A DNA stretch of 64,000 nucleotides, taken from assembly GCA_963695825.1 (NCBI GenBank), contig CAVOHX010000021.1, positions 2,380 through 66,379 of the forward strand, read 5' to 3'. Shown piece by piece: positions 29,648 to 40,046 of the stretch. The position numbers were made by a program, and so were the translations under genes. The notes beneath the pieces are model-generated. The model worked only from the letters and a program-made list of their open reading frames with translations. It did no database searches and was not told the origin of the DNA. Source of the DNA: an uncultured Chloroflexia bacterium (GTDB taxonomy: Bacteria > Chloroflexota > Anaerolineae > Promineifilales > UBA4811). Numbering within the stretch: the stretch's first letter is position 1; the number at the start of each line of letters is the position of its first letter.

Positions 29648-31264
29648 TCACCCTCCTGTCCGAATGGCTCTCTGGAGGACCTCCACCCGGCCGCGCGCCC
29701 CGTCCACCCGCACCCGGTCGCCGGTCCGGAGCGCAGCCGTCGCGTCCCCGCACCCCACCACGGCCGGGATGCCCAACTCTCGGGCCACGATGGCGGCGTG
29801 CGAGAGGGGCGCGCCGACGTCGGTCACCACCGCCGCCGCCCGCGGAAAGAGAAGCGTCCAGGCAATGTCGGTCTGGATCGCCACCATCACCTCGCCCGGC
29901 CGGAGCAGATGGCCATCGTCGGGGCGATCCACCACCCGGACCAAGCCTACCACCACCCCGGCCGAGCCGGGCGACCCCAACACCAGGTCGGTTTCCGGCC
30001 GCGCCGCGACCGTCCGGCCGGCGTCGTACACATCGGTGCGGCGGTTGACGTCGGCCGCCCAGGCAAAGGGATCGAACGGGCCGCGGATGACGGCCGGGTA
30101 GGACGGCAGCGCTTTGTACCGTTCATAGGCCTCGCGCCGGGATTCGATTTTCTCGACCGCCGATCGGTCCCCCTCCAGGAGCGCTGCTAGTTCATCCAGC
30201 GTCAAGAAGAAGACCCGGTCCCCGAGGCCGGTCAGCTCGCCCGCGCGCAGCGCCAGCAGCCGGATCGACCACCGGTCCCGGGTGTAGGCCGAGCGCGCCT
30301 CTTCGCGGAGGCGCGCCCGTCGGGCGCTCTCGCGCATCTTGCGGCGTAGCCGCCCGGCCGCTCGCGGCGCCGCTGCCTCCAGCCGCTCCCACGCCGCCTG
30401 GAAAGCCTGGCGTTGTTTCGCCATCAGCATGTCCAGATCCACCGGAGACTGGCGCAGGCGCGCCAGCTCCCCCTTGAGCCAGGTTGGGTCCTCGGCCGGC
30501 CGCGGGACCGACAACTCGAATTCTTGCGGGCCGCGGTGGCCGTACTGATCCAGGTAGGCGGCGCGGCTGATCTCGCCGCGCGCGAGCTTGACCAGGTTTG
30601 CCATTGGCCCCAGACTCTCCAGCGGCGCGTTCTCGTCGCCCAGGTTGGCGATCAGCAGGTTGGCGTCTTCCGGTCCAACCAGGTTCGCCAGTTCGCGGCG
30701 CAGTTTCATGGTATAGTCGGCCGAATACGACGCGCTGCCCAGGACGCACCACACCCCCCGCTTGATGTGGGCTCGCATCTCGTAGCGCCACAAACTGACC
30801 AGCGCCGCCTCCGACCATTGGGTCTGGATCGCGTCCCGAACTCCCCTGAACCAGGATCGGTTGCCCTTTACGTAGGACCGCGCCTGGCGCACGCCGAGTC
30901 CTTGCCTCGCCTGAACCCACAGCGCACCCAGCATCCCCCGCAGTAGCATTCCGCGCGAGACCGGCAGCGCCGGGATGGGCATCTTGTCAGGAAGCTGCAT
31001 ATAGATGGTGGATTCCATGAAATCGAGCAGGTCCTGGCGTTTGCGGCCCATCCCGTAGAACAGGGTGGCAAAGACGCTGATGTTGAGGTACGGCCGGCCG
31101 CCGATGACCCCCACGGTGGGCCTATCGGGCAGGAAAACCCAGTCGTCGAGGGTGAACTGGATGACCGACCAGGTGAGGGGGGTCATCACCTCGGTCACCG
31201 CCTCGCCGAAATTGACGTTTGACCACAGGCAATCGGCCGTCAGGGAGTCGTTCCATTCGTTCAT
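29648..31264 (-). CDS. PEP-utilising (His swivel) protein, rifampin-phosphotransferase-like, lacking the ATP-grasp domain
   Basis: WSNVNFGEAVTEVMTPLTWS, YGHRGPQEFELSVPR, GSPGSAG and GAPLSHAAIVARELGIPAVVG. Confidence 0.85.
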   Translation of the reverse strand: MNEWNDSLTADCLWSNVNFGEAVTEVMTPLTWSVIQFTLDDWVFLPDRPTVGVIGGRPYLNISVFATLFYGMGRKRQDLLDFMESTIYMQLPDKMPIPALPVSRGMLLRGMLGALWVQARQGLGVRQARSYVKGNRSWFRGVRDAIQTQWSEAALVSLWRYEMRAHIKRGVWCVLGSASYSADYTMKLRRELANLVGPEDANLLIANLGDENAPLESLGPMANLVKLARGEISRAAYLDQYGHRGPQEFELSVPRPAEDPTWLKGELARLRQSPVDLDMLMAKQRQAFQAAWERLEAAAPRAAGRLRRKMRESARRARLREEARSAYTRDRWSIRLLALRAGELTGLGDRVFFLTLDELAALLEGDRSAVEKIESRREAYERYKALPSYPAVIRGPFDPFAWAADVNRRTDVYDAGRTVAARPETDLVLGSPGSAGVVVGLVRVVDRPDDGHLLRPGEVMVAIQTDIAWTLLFPRAAAVVTDVGAPLSHAAIVARELGIPAVVGCGDATAALRTGDRVRVDGARGRVEVLQRAIRTGG

Positions 31265-31288
31265 CTATTGGTCCTCTCGGCCGCCGGT

Positions 31289-32935
31289 TCAGCCGCCGCT
31301 CCTGGATAATACCTCAACCTCGCCCTTAACCCCATCCACCCGCACCCGGTCGCCGGTGCCAAGCCGCGCCGTGGCGTCGCCGCAGTTGACCACCGCCGGT
31401 ATGCCCAACTCGCGGGCCACGATAGCGGCGTGAGACAGGGGCGCGCCCACGTCGGTGACCACGGCCGCCGCCCGCGGGAAAAAGAGGGTCCAGCCAATGT
31501 TGGTCTGGGGCGCGACCAGCACCTCGCCCGCCTGGAGTTGGTCGCCATCCTCGGCGAGATCCAGCCGGCGCACGAGACCCTCGACCACCCCGGCCGATCC
31601 GGGGGTCCCCAGGATGACCTCCTCGCGCGCCGGCCGGGGGACCAGCGTCGGGAGCAGCCCGTGCGAGTCAAAGACGTCGGTGCGGCGATGGGGATCGGCC
31701 GCCCACTCGAAAGGGTCGAAACGGCCGCGGATGACAAATGGGAGAGAGGGCATCGCCCGGTACCGTTGGGTGGTCGCTCGCCGCGCCGGGATGGTCGATG
31801 TCGGCGCCGGCCGGCCCGCCAGCAGGTCGAGCAACTCGTCGAGTGTGAGATAAAAGACGTCGTCGTCCAGGCCGGTCAGCGCCCCGGCGCGGAGCGCCCA
31901 GGTGCGAGCCACCCAGATGAGCCGCACGCTCTCAGAGCGGGTCGCCTCCCGCCGGTGGGCCGCCCCGGCCGCCCGGTCCAGGCGGCGTCGCACCGACCGC
32001 GCCCGGCGCGGGTAACGCTGCCGGAATCGCGCCCAGGCGGCCTCAAATTCCGCGCGCTGGGCTGCCAGCAGCCCCTCGACGTCGGCCGGCGCCCGCGCAA
32101 AGGCCGCCAGCTCCCGATCGAGCCAGGTTGGGTCCTCGGCCGGCCGGGGGACCGAGGTCTCGGTTTCGAGCGCGCTCCGGTGCCCCCAACGCTCCAGATA
32201 CACCTCCCGGCTCAACACGCCGCGGGCCAGACGGGCCAGCTCAACCATCGGCCCCATGCTCGCCAGAAGCGCGTCCCCGCGGCTTACGTTGGAGAGCAGC
32301 GCGTCGGCGTCCTCGGGTCCCATCCGCTGGATCAGCTCACGCCGCAGGGCGCCCACCCGCACGCTATAGGCCAACGTGGTGGCGTAGAGCCGCCAGAATA
32401 TCTCCTCGCTGCGGGGCGCCATCTCGGCCGCCCAAAAGGCGCCCAGTTCTGCGGCGCTGGCCATCGCCTCGATTCGCCGGCGGGCGTCGGTGCTCCAGGC
32501 GGGGTTCTGATCCAGGAACGCATCCAGCCCTCGCAGACCCCGGTTCTGCTTGCGCCGCATGCGGAGCGCCCCGGGCAGGACCGCCCAAAAGGTCGCTCCG
32601 GGCAGCGGAGTCAGGTATTGGTCCATCGTCGCAATATACTCGTCGCGGACGCCGCCCATCTCTTTGCTGATGGTCTCGACGTTCTGGCCCAGGGCGCGGA
32701 GCGCCGAGACGCCGACCGTGACGTTCTGGTACATCCGGCCGCCAATGTTCCCGGCCGAGGCATAGCCGGGCAGGAGATTCAACTGGTCAAAGCCGGCGCA
32801 CATCATCGACCAGGTGAACGGGGTCATCACCACCCCCATCGCCTCGCCGACGTTGACGCTGGACCAGACGAAATCTCCGGTCAGGGTGGCGTTGTATTCG
32901 CCGGTGACTGGGTCGAACCCTCGAGAATCGATCAT
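31289..32935 (-). CDS. PEP-utilising (His swivel) protein, rifampin-phosphotransferase-like, paralog 2, lacking the ATP-grasp domain
   Basis: ATG at 32935 overlaps the upstream stop. WSSVNVGEAMGVVMTPFTWS, WGHRS and GAPLSHAAIVARELGIPAVV. Confidence 0.85.
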   Translation of the reverse strand: MIDSRGFDPVTGEYNATLTGDFVWSSVNVGEAMGVVMTPFTWSMMCAGFDQLNLLPGYASAGNIGGRMYQNVTVGVSALRALGQNVETISKEMGGVRDEYIATMDQYLTPLPGATFWAVLPGALRMRRKQNRGLRGLDAFLDQNPAWSTDARRRIEAMASAAELGAFWAAEMAPRSEEIFWRLYATTLAYSVRVGALRRELIQRMGPEDADALLSNVSRGDALLASMGPMVELARLARGVLSREVYLERWGHRSALETETSVPRPAEDPTWLDRELAAFARAPADVEGLLAAQRAEFEAAWARFRQRYPRRARSVRRRLDRAAGAAHRREATRSESVRLIWVARTWALRAGALTGLDDDVFYLTLDELLDLLAGRPAPTSTIPARRATTQRYRAMPSLPFVIRGRFDPFEWAADPHRRTDVFDSHGLLPTLVPRPAREEVILGTPGSAGVVEGLVRRLDLAEDGDQLQAGEVLVAPQTNIGWTLFFPRAAAVVTDVGAPLSHAAIVARELGIPAVVNCGDATARLGTGDRVRVDGVKGEVEVLSRSGG

Positions 32936-33591
32936 CGCTCGACGCTCTCCCCCAGCAAGAGGCCGTGAGCCACCAGCCAGGCAATAGAGGCGGTCACTGC
33001 CAGCCACTCCCAGATCACCGGCGTCGAGCGGCCGACCGACCCCCCTTCGTAGAGCAACATGAGGGTGACAAAGACCAGGAAGAGCAGGACCATCGCCAAA
33101 CTCAGCAGCGGCAGCAGTCTGGGCACCTTGGCGAGCGTCCACTCGCGGGCGCCGATGATCGATTGCAGGACGACCACCCCCAGAAAGTAGAGGCCGATGC
33201 CCGCCTTGTGTACAGTCGGGGCGACGCTGAAAGGGGTGGCAGTCATCAGCGCGGTTCCCGAGGTGGCAAAGAACCCGATGACCAGCACCGCGGCCGTAAA
33301 CGCGCGGCCGGCGCCCAGTTGGGTCAGGCGCAGCGCCAACAGGACCAGCGCCAGGAATCGCATGGGAACCGCCATGAGAGTCCCCGAGTTGAATATGATC
33401 TGGGGCCAACCGGCCGTGTCTCCGATGTCGCTCAGGTAGGTGTTCAGCGGCGTGAATTCGGGGTGGTCGGGCAGATAGGCCAGCACCGCCCCGACGATGG
33501 TCAGGATGGCCCACGCGCCACCCACCAGGCCGACCAGTTGCAGCGCGGCCGGTATGCTAATGGTTGTCGTTTCTCTCTTGATAGCTATCAC
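32932..33591 (-). CDS. integral membrane protein (DUF998-like)
   Basis: About 6 TM segments, with YLSDIG, FNSG and a His in VHKAG. Confidence 0.65.
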   Translation of the reverse strand: MIAIKRETTTISIPAALQLVGLVGGAWAILTIVGAVLAYLPDHPEFTPLNTYLSDIGDTAGWPQIIFNSGTLMAVPMRFLALVLLALRLTQLGAGRAFTAAVLVIGFFATSGTALMTATPFSVAPTVHKAGIGLYFLGVVVLQSIIGAREWTLAKVPRLLPLLSLAMVLLFLVFVTLMLLYEGGSVGRSTPVIWEWLAVTASIAWLVAHGLLLGESVER

Positions 33592-33617
33592 CTGCTAGAT
33601 CCTCACCTATTGACCAA

Positions 33618-34256
33618 TCAGGCCCACGGCCGCCGGCCGCGGGTCGTCGCCTGCCGCTTGATCTCGGCCTCGCGGCGCGCCTCCACACGGATCCCTCCGG
33701 CCGGCCGGGGCGCCAGGCGGCGCAGTGGTTGGATCACCGCCAGCGTGCGACCGGCGGCGTACGCTTCCAGATCGCAGAAGGTTGGGTCGGCCGGCAGGCC
33801 GGCGCGGCGCACGATCGCTCCCACGAGGCGCGGGTGACGCTGGAGCCGGACCTCCAGGAAATCGGCGATCCGAGTTGGGTCGGTGACTGCCTCGGCCCGG
33901 CCGATGAACCGCCGGTCGCCAACCTGGAGCGTCACTTGCGGGTTGGCGATCAGGTTGCGAAACCAATCGGCCCTGGCCCCTCGGGCTGAGCCCACGTAGA
34001 AATCGCCATCGATCTGTTCATACTGGAGCGGCGTCGTGTGGGGGCGCCCGGTCACCCGGCCGGTCGTGGTGAGCAGCAGCACCGTGCGGCCGGGAATTGC
34101 GCCCAGCCCAATCCGGTACAAGAGGGTCGGCGGCAAGCGCAACAGGCGCCACAGCCACCGGTTGGACCTACTTGGCGGCCGGTTCGGGGCGACCGTCGAT
34201 GCACATCCAGCGCCGGTCGATCCGCTCAGGGTGGCGGTTGTGTTGGTCGCAGTCAT
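33618..34256 (-). CDS. deazaflavin (F420H2)-dependent nitroreductase family oxidoreductase
   Basis: LLLTTTGRVTGRPHTTPL...DWFRNLIANPQV signature. Confidence 0.88.
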   Translation of the reverse strand: MTATNTTATLSGSTGAGCASTVAPNRPPSRSNRWLWRLLRLPPTLLYRIGLGAIPGRTVLLLTTTGRVTGRPHTTPLQYEQIDGDFYVGSARGARADWFRNLIANPQVTLQVGDRRFIGRAEAVTDPTRIADFLEVRLQRHPRLVGAIVRRAGLPADPTFCDLEAYAAGRTLAVIQPLRRLAPRPAGGIRVEARREAEIKRQATTRGRRPWA

Positions 34257-34274
34257 CGTAATCTCCTCATCAAA

Positions 34275-34562
34275 TCAATCGCACGACGCCATTGGCGCCG
34301 TCCGTCTCGATCCATTGCCCGTCCCGCCGGCTATCCTGACCGCCGATACCAGCGTCAAGTTCAGGTCCCAGAGGCGGGTCAGCAGCCCGCGCAGCGCGGA
34401 CTGGTCGGCCACGCGGCAGGTGAAGCAGGTGACCGGCGAGCCGTCCGGCCGGCACTCCTGGGCGACGGTCACCCCTTCGATCCATTCGGACCAATCGGCG
34501 TCCAGCCATCCCTCGACCTCGATCCGGTAGACCGCCGGTTCTGCGCCTCGTTTCCTGCCCAT
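34275..34562 (-). CDS. small conserved protein associated with MalT/LuxR loci
   Basis: YRIEVEGWLDADWSEW...DQSALRGLL.RLWDLNLTLVS motif. Confidence 0.72.
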   Translation of the reverse strand: MGRKRGAEPAVYRIEVEGWLDADWSEWIEGVTVAQECRPDGSPVTCFTCRVADQSALRGLLTRLWDLNLTLVSAVRIAGGTGNGSRRTAPMASCD

Positions 34563-34643
34563 ACGCCACACCTCATCTGAAGATCCGGCCGCTCGGGCCT
34601 CTCCCGAGCTTGAATACAGGGTATCAGACGGCCGGTGTGCCGT

Positions 34644-34663
34644 CATCCTCAAGATGTAGGATG
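34644..34663. promoter_or_regulatory. inverted repeat, candidate LuxR/MalT-like binding site
   Basis: CATCCT-N8-AGGATG upstream of the 34562-28666 operon. Confidence 0.45.
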
Positions 34664-34740
34664 TGGGTTGAGGATAAGGTGGGGAGGGGAGGAGGAGTAA
34701 GACGTGACGAGTGACGCGTGAGGACCTGATGCGGCCGATT

Positions 34741-34779
34741 TCACGTATTACGAATCACGAATCACGAATCACGAATCAC
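34741..34779. repeat. heptamer tandem repeat (ACGAATC)n
   Basis: TCACGTATTACGAATCACGAATCACGAATCACGAATCACG. Confidence 0.85.
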
Positions 34780-37536
34780 GGCCCGGCACGATTCGTGACC
34801 CTATCAGGCCGAGTTCCTCGGCCCGGAGCACCGCCTCCCACCGGCTGTGGACCCCCAGCTTGCCATAGATGTTCTTTTGGTGGGTGCGAATCGTGCTGAC
34901 GGCGATGAACAGGTGTTGGGCGATCTCGGGCGCCGACAGGCCGGTGCGCAGCAGCCGGAGCACCTCGAGCTCGCGCTCGGTAAGCGGCTCGACCAGCGGC
35001 TGCTCGATCGCCGCAACGTCCGCCTCCCGATCGGCGGCCGGCCCGGTCGCCTCAAACCCGGCCAGGATGCTGTTTACATAATCCGCGTCGACGGCCGGTG
35101 CGGCGGCTCGTCGCAGCAGGCGCGCCATCGGCGCCCCCTCGTCGAGGAACGCCCGCCGATAATGGCCCGGCGCCCCCAGCGCCAGCGCCCGCTCGATCGC
35201 CGCCATGGCGGCCGTGTCCTCGCCCAGCGCGTCCAGCGCCAGCGCCCGGAGCGCCTGCCCGTGCAGCGCCAGGTCGCGCCGGTTTCGAGCCTCCAACCCG
35301 GCCGTCAACGGATCCAGGACCGCCAGCGCCTCGGCCGGCGACCCCCGCTTGAGCAGCAGCCGGGCCAGGCTCAGTTGGTCGTACTTGGCCATTCGATCCT
35401 GGAGGGAGCCCGGCAACTCGGTGGGCGCCGCCTCCAGCCGCGCGTCGGGTCCCGCGAGGCCGCGTTCCGCCGCCCAGCGGGTCGCTGCCTCCAGCTCCCC
35501 CTGCGCCACCCAAAGTTGCGCCCGGTATATGCCCACGTACAGGTCGTCCAGGTCGGTGGCGTCGGTGCGATCGGCCAGCCGCGCCGCCTCTTCCATCGCG
35601 TGGGTGGCGGCCGCCGGGTCCCGCTGCGCCTGCCTCAGCCGCGCCAGCCCCACCAGCCCCTCCACCACCGCCAAGCTGCTCCAGTCCCGGGCCAGCTCGA
35701 TCCCCTGCTCCAGGTAGCGCTCGGCCGTCTCCAGGTCGTTCCACTCGCAGGCCAGCTTGCCCAGCCCGACGAACGCCTGCCCGGCCGCCGGCAGATAGCC
35801 GCCCCGGCCGTCGGCCGCCAGCTCGAGCGCCCGCCGGTAGATCGCTTGCGCCTCGTAGAGACGCGCCCCGCGGATCGCGTCCAGCGCCAGGCGCATTAGC
35901 GCCCCGGCCGCCATCAGCACGTTGCCGCTCTCCCGGCCGGCCCGGACCATCTCGTCCAGGGTCCGGCCGCTCGCCTCCCGGTCGCCGGCCGCCGCCTGGA
36001 CCAAACTCTGGCACAGAGCGGCTAGCTGGCGCCACAGCCGGTCGTCCTCGGGCAGTGTACGCAACGCCTCGGCGGCGAGGGGCGCCGATCGGGGTAACCG
36101 CCCGCGCAGCATCTCGTAATAGGCCAGCAGCGCGTTCACCGGGCCGGGCAGCCGGTCGCGGTACGCCTCCACGTCCATCAGCCAGACCGCCATCCGGTCG
36201 ATGGACCGGCCGGCCTGCAAGAGCGCCCCGGCGTGCAGCAAGACCAAGGTCGGCCGGCTCTGGACCTCTTCCGGCGGTAGAGCCTCCATCCACCGGATAA
36301 AGGTGGCGACCTCGCTGCGCATCAGCGCCGGCTCGGCCTCGACCTCGACCAAGGACGCCGCCCGGCCGTGGTCCCCGGCCGCCAACGCGTGCTCGATCGC
36401 CGCCGCGGCAAAACCGGAGGCCTGGTGCCATAGACTGGCCCGCCGGTGCAGCGCCGCCGTCAGGTCGGGCCAGGTCTGCGCCAGCCGCCGCTGCAACAGG
36501 TCGGCAAAGAGCCGGTGGTAGCGATACCAGGTCCGGTCGTCGTCCAGCGCCACGATAAACAGGTTGGCCGCGTCCAACGCCTCCAGGATCCCCTGGCCCA
36601 ACGACGCGCCCGCCGGCGTCGGGCGCTGCCCCTCCCGGCCGTCGTCCTTTAGGACCGCGTCGCAAAGCGGGCCGGTCAGCCGGTCGAGGATCGACGTCTT
36701 GAGCAGGAACTCGCGCACGGCCGGGGTCTGGCGCTCTAACACCTCCTCGACCAAATAGTCCATGATGAACCGATGGCTCCCGGTCAGCTCGTCGATGAAC
36801 TGGGACCGCGAGCGACCGGCCGGATCTCCGCCTCGACCTTCCAGCGAGAGCGCCGCCATCTGCAGGCCGGCGACCCATCCCTCGGTGCGCGATTCCAGAG
36901 CCGCGACCTCGTCCGGAGACAGGTCGAGGCCCATGAGGTCGTTCAGGAAAACGGCCGCCTCCTCTGCGGAGAAACAGAGGTCGTTCTGGCGCAGCTCGAT
37001 CAGGTGGCCCCGGGCGCGGAGGCGGGGCAGGGGCAAAGGCGGGTCGGCGCGGGAGGCCAGGACCAGGTGCAGGTTGTCCGGCAGATGGTCCACCAGAAAG
37101 ACGACGGCGTCGTGGATCGCCAGAGTTGTGATCAGGTGATAATCGTCTAGGATCAGGGTGACAGCGCAGGGCAGTTCCGCCAGCCAATTGATCAGCCCGA
37201 CGAGCTGGGTTTCTTGCAGCGAAATCCCTTGCATGCGCCCCCCACCCGGATCGAGCGGCTCCAGGGCGGCCGCGAGATAGGGCGACAAAGCGAACCGGAT
37301 CGTTGTCGCCATCGTCCAGCGAGATCCAGGCGACCTGAATCGGCGGGTGATCGCGCCGGCGCAATCCCTGGATCCACTCGCCCAGCAGCGTCGTCTTGCC
37401 GAAACCGGCCAGGGCGGAGTCAGCGTCAGCCGGCGATAGAGGCCCAGGTCGAGGCGCTCCAGCAGCCGTGCGCGGGGACCAGCTTGCGCCGCAGGGAGGG
37501 GATATTCAACTTGGTGGTCAGGATCGGTGTGGGCAT
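34769..37536 (-). CDS. MalT-like LuxR-family transcriptional regulator (STAND ATPase-TPR-HTH); frameshifts in the first ~300 nt
   Basis: MPTPILTTKL...PRARLL, AGFGKTTLL, AWISLDDGDNDP, LILDDYH, RTEGWVAGLQ, WYRYHRLF and a C-terminal LTERELEVL...TIRTHQKNIYGKL. Confidence 0.9.
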
Positions 37537-37820
37537 GCGGTTTCTCGTGTCCACTGGATCGCGGCCGGCAGCCGTATGTCACCCCAATTGTACCCCGGCA
37601 AGGCGCCGGATTCAAGCGCGGCGGGCAGGACAGCTCCCCTCGGCATCAGAGGCAGCGCTCTCTTCTCTTGCAGATCTCACCCGGCGAAATCGGCACGAAT
37701 CTTGCACCCTTGAGGGCATTGCGACCGTCCCATCGCCTGACCCTGTGGGTCGATCACAACGTCATACGTACCATTGGGTTTGGGCGGCGATACTCGAACC
37801 CGCGTCAACCGCCATGCCGC

Positions 37821-37850
37821 CCCGAGAGTGGGGCGGCATGGTAGGGCAGT
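37821..37850. other. strong hairpin in the leader of the 37906 ORF
   Basis: CCATGCCGCCCC-GAGAGT-GGGGCGGCATGG, a 12-bp perfect stem (coordinates approximate). Confidence 0.5.
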
Positions 37851-37905
37851 TTCAGGGGCGTTTCGACTGGCTCGAATCGGCGTTAATCCGGGTAGGAGCA
37901 CGCGA

Positions 37906-38214
37906 ATGAACAATAGACACCACCTGGCCCGCGCAACGTTTATCCTGTTGGCGCTGGTCGGCCTCCAACTGGCCGGCCGCCCGGGCGCTCTCCTGGCGCA
38001 TCCCGGCGCCGCGAGCGCCCCCACGTTCGCCGGGCTGGCAGGCCAAGTCCACCCGGCCGCGGGGATCGAAGAGGCCGATCCGGCGGCGGTGTTGATGGCT
38101 GCGCTATTCGGGCTGACCGGGCTGGGCGTGCTGGTCCTCTCCCTGCTCTCCACGCTCCGCCAACGATGGCCCGGCCGCAAGACAGACACGCAGACCGGCG
38201 CACCGGCCGACTAG
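37906..38214 (+). CDS. small hypothetical exported/membrane protein (102 aa)
   Basis: RBS AGGAG. N-terminal signal-like segment and a C-terminal TM followed by basic residues. Confidence 0.5.
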   Translation: MNNRHHLARATFILLALVGLQLAGRPGALLAHPGAASAPTFAGLAGQVHPAAGIEEADPAAVLMAALFGLTGLGVLVLSLLSTLRQRWPGRKTDTQTGAPAD

Positions 38215-38266
38215 AACCAGTTGCCGCCAGCCGGGCCAGCAATCCGGCCGGCCGGGTTTCGCTCAC

Positions 38267-38297
38267 TGTAACTCGCGGATTGGCAATCCGCGCTACA
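38267..38297. repeat. GTAG-type REP palindrome
   Basis: CGCGGATTGGCAATCCGCG followed by CTAC. Confidence 0.6.
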
Positions 38298-38439
38298 ATC
38301 CCCTGATTCTGCATGACGTCGCTGCTGTTGATCGGCCGCGCCGGGTCGGATAACATCCCTATGGGCCAGATCGACCCAATCCGGCCGCCAACTGGGCCGG
38401 GCGCCAAACCCCTCCTGGATCTCGCGTGGCTCGGTCAGC

Positions 38440-38800
38440 GCCCCGCCGACGGGGCTGGCGAGCGTTGGCCATTCCGCTCAGCCGCCCGTCCTCGGGCGGC
38501 CCGGCCGCACCGGCACCCCCCGGACGGGGCTTGCGAAGCGTTGGCGCCCATACATTTGCTGATCCGCCCGTCCCCGGGCGGCTCGGCCGCACCACCGCCC
38601 CGAGGACGAGGCTTGCGAGCGTTGGCATCCCTGGTCGGGGCTTGCGAGCGTTGGCGCCCATACATTTGCCCAGCCATCCGTCAGTATCGCTCATCCGCCC
38701 GTCCCCGGGCGGCTCGGCCGCACCACCGCCCCGAGGACGGGGGCCTTGCGAGCGTTGGCATCTGTGGTCGGGGCTTGCGAGGAGGCGCCCCCTGGTCAGG
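38440..38800. repeat. tandem cluster of REP-like units (reverse complement of the 28390-28535 family)
   Basis: Three copies of CCGCCCGTCC(T/C)CGGGCGGC.CGGCCGCACC...GGACG.GGCTTGCGA.CGTTGGC with shared linker segments. Confidence 0.75.
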
Positions 38801-38933
38801 GCTTACTGGCGTAGGTGCGGGTTGCGAGCGTAGGCGCCCCGCGGACGCGGCCGCATCGCCAGGACCGCGATTTGGGGTACAATCATCATCGGCCGCATTT
38901 CGGCCACCGAACGACAACCTGATGGACCATACC

Positions 38934-40037
38934 ATGAACCCGCGAAACCGACTGCTCGCTGCCATCCGCGGACATCCGATCGACCGGGTGCCGCTCATCC
39001 TGGAAGGCTTTCATTACGCCCCGGCCGAACGGGTCGAGGACCCGACCAGCTGGAAATCCTCGACCGGGTCGCCGAGCACCTGCACCTGTTCCAGCCGCGC
39101 CCCTTTACCGTCAACCGCTACCTGGTCACGCCGGCGCGGTTCATGCGCGAGGTCGATCGACGGGAACGAAATGGCGAGACCATCGTGACCACCCGGATCG
39201 ACACCCCCAAAGGGCCCCTGACCGCCGTCACCGGCCGGAACGACCTGAGCGACACCACCTGGACGGTCAAGTACCCGGTCGAGAGCCTCGACGACGTCGA
39301 CGCCATCCGATCGGTCCCCTGGGAGCTGCCCCCCGACCTGGCGCCGCCGGACATGTCGGCGCTGCCGGACTATTACCCGACCCGGGGCATCAGCTACGCC
39401 AGCACCTCTTCCCCCTTTGTCTGCGTCGCCGGCATGATGCCGTTCGAGATGTTCCTCGAGTTGTGCGTCACCCGGTTGGACCTGATCCGGGAGCTGACGC
39501 AGCAGTGTTTCGATCGCATTCTCGACGTGTTTGACGTGATCCTCGCCCAGCGGACCGTCGAGTACGTCGGCGTCTATGGCTGCGAGTGGCTCACCCCACC
39601 CATGGCCTCGCCTCGACTATACGAAGCGCTGGTCCAAGAGTTCGAGCGGCCGATCATCGAGCGAATCCACGCCGCCGGCGCCGTGGCCCACGTCCACTGC
39701 CACGGCAACGTCCGCTCGACGCTCGAGCGCGTCATCGACCGCGGCGCCGATTTCTTCGAGCCGGTCGAGCCGCCGCCCGACGGCGACATCACCTTTGCCG
39801 AGGCCAAAGCGGTCGTCGCCGGCCGCATCACCCTGGGCGGCAACGTCGAGTCACGCCTGCTGGAGATGGGCGGACCCGGACGAGGTCGAGGGGGCCGCCC
39901 GCCGGGCGTTCGAGAACGGCAAAACGCGGATGGTGTTTCAGACCACGGCCGGTCCCCTGGGACTGATGACCCCCCGGCTGATCGCAAACTATCACCGGAT
40001 GATCGACGTCTGGGAGGCGCTCTCCCCGATCGGCTAG
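38934..40037 (+). CDS. uroporphyrinogen decarboxylase/methyltransferase (URO-D-like) family protein; frameshifts ~39050 and ~39875
   Basis: MNPRNRLLAAIRGHPIDRVP, IDTPKGPLT, HVHCHG, EPPPDGD and LGGNVE. Confidence 0.8.
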
Positions 40038-40046
40038 CGGCTCGCC

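Noticed and set aside
31289-33514. 741-aa ORF as a full-length phosphotransferase with N-terminal domain
   Set aside because: The first ~190 aa are an off-frame read of the DUF998 gene. The real start is the ATG at 32935, coupled to that gene's stop.
35052-37364. Long alternative-frame and antisense ORFs (e.g. 770 aa here, 17243-18763, 24615-26171, 31430-32968)
   Set aside because: Arg/Gly/Pro-rich shadow ORFs expected in high-GC coding DNA, overlapping well-supported genes. Only short pieces belong to frameshifted real genes.
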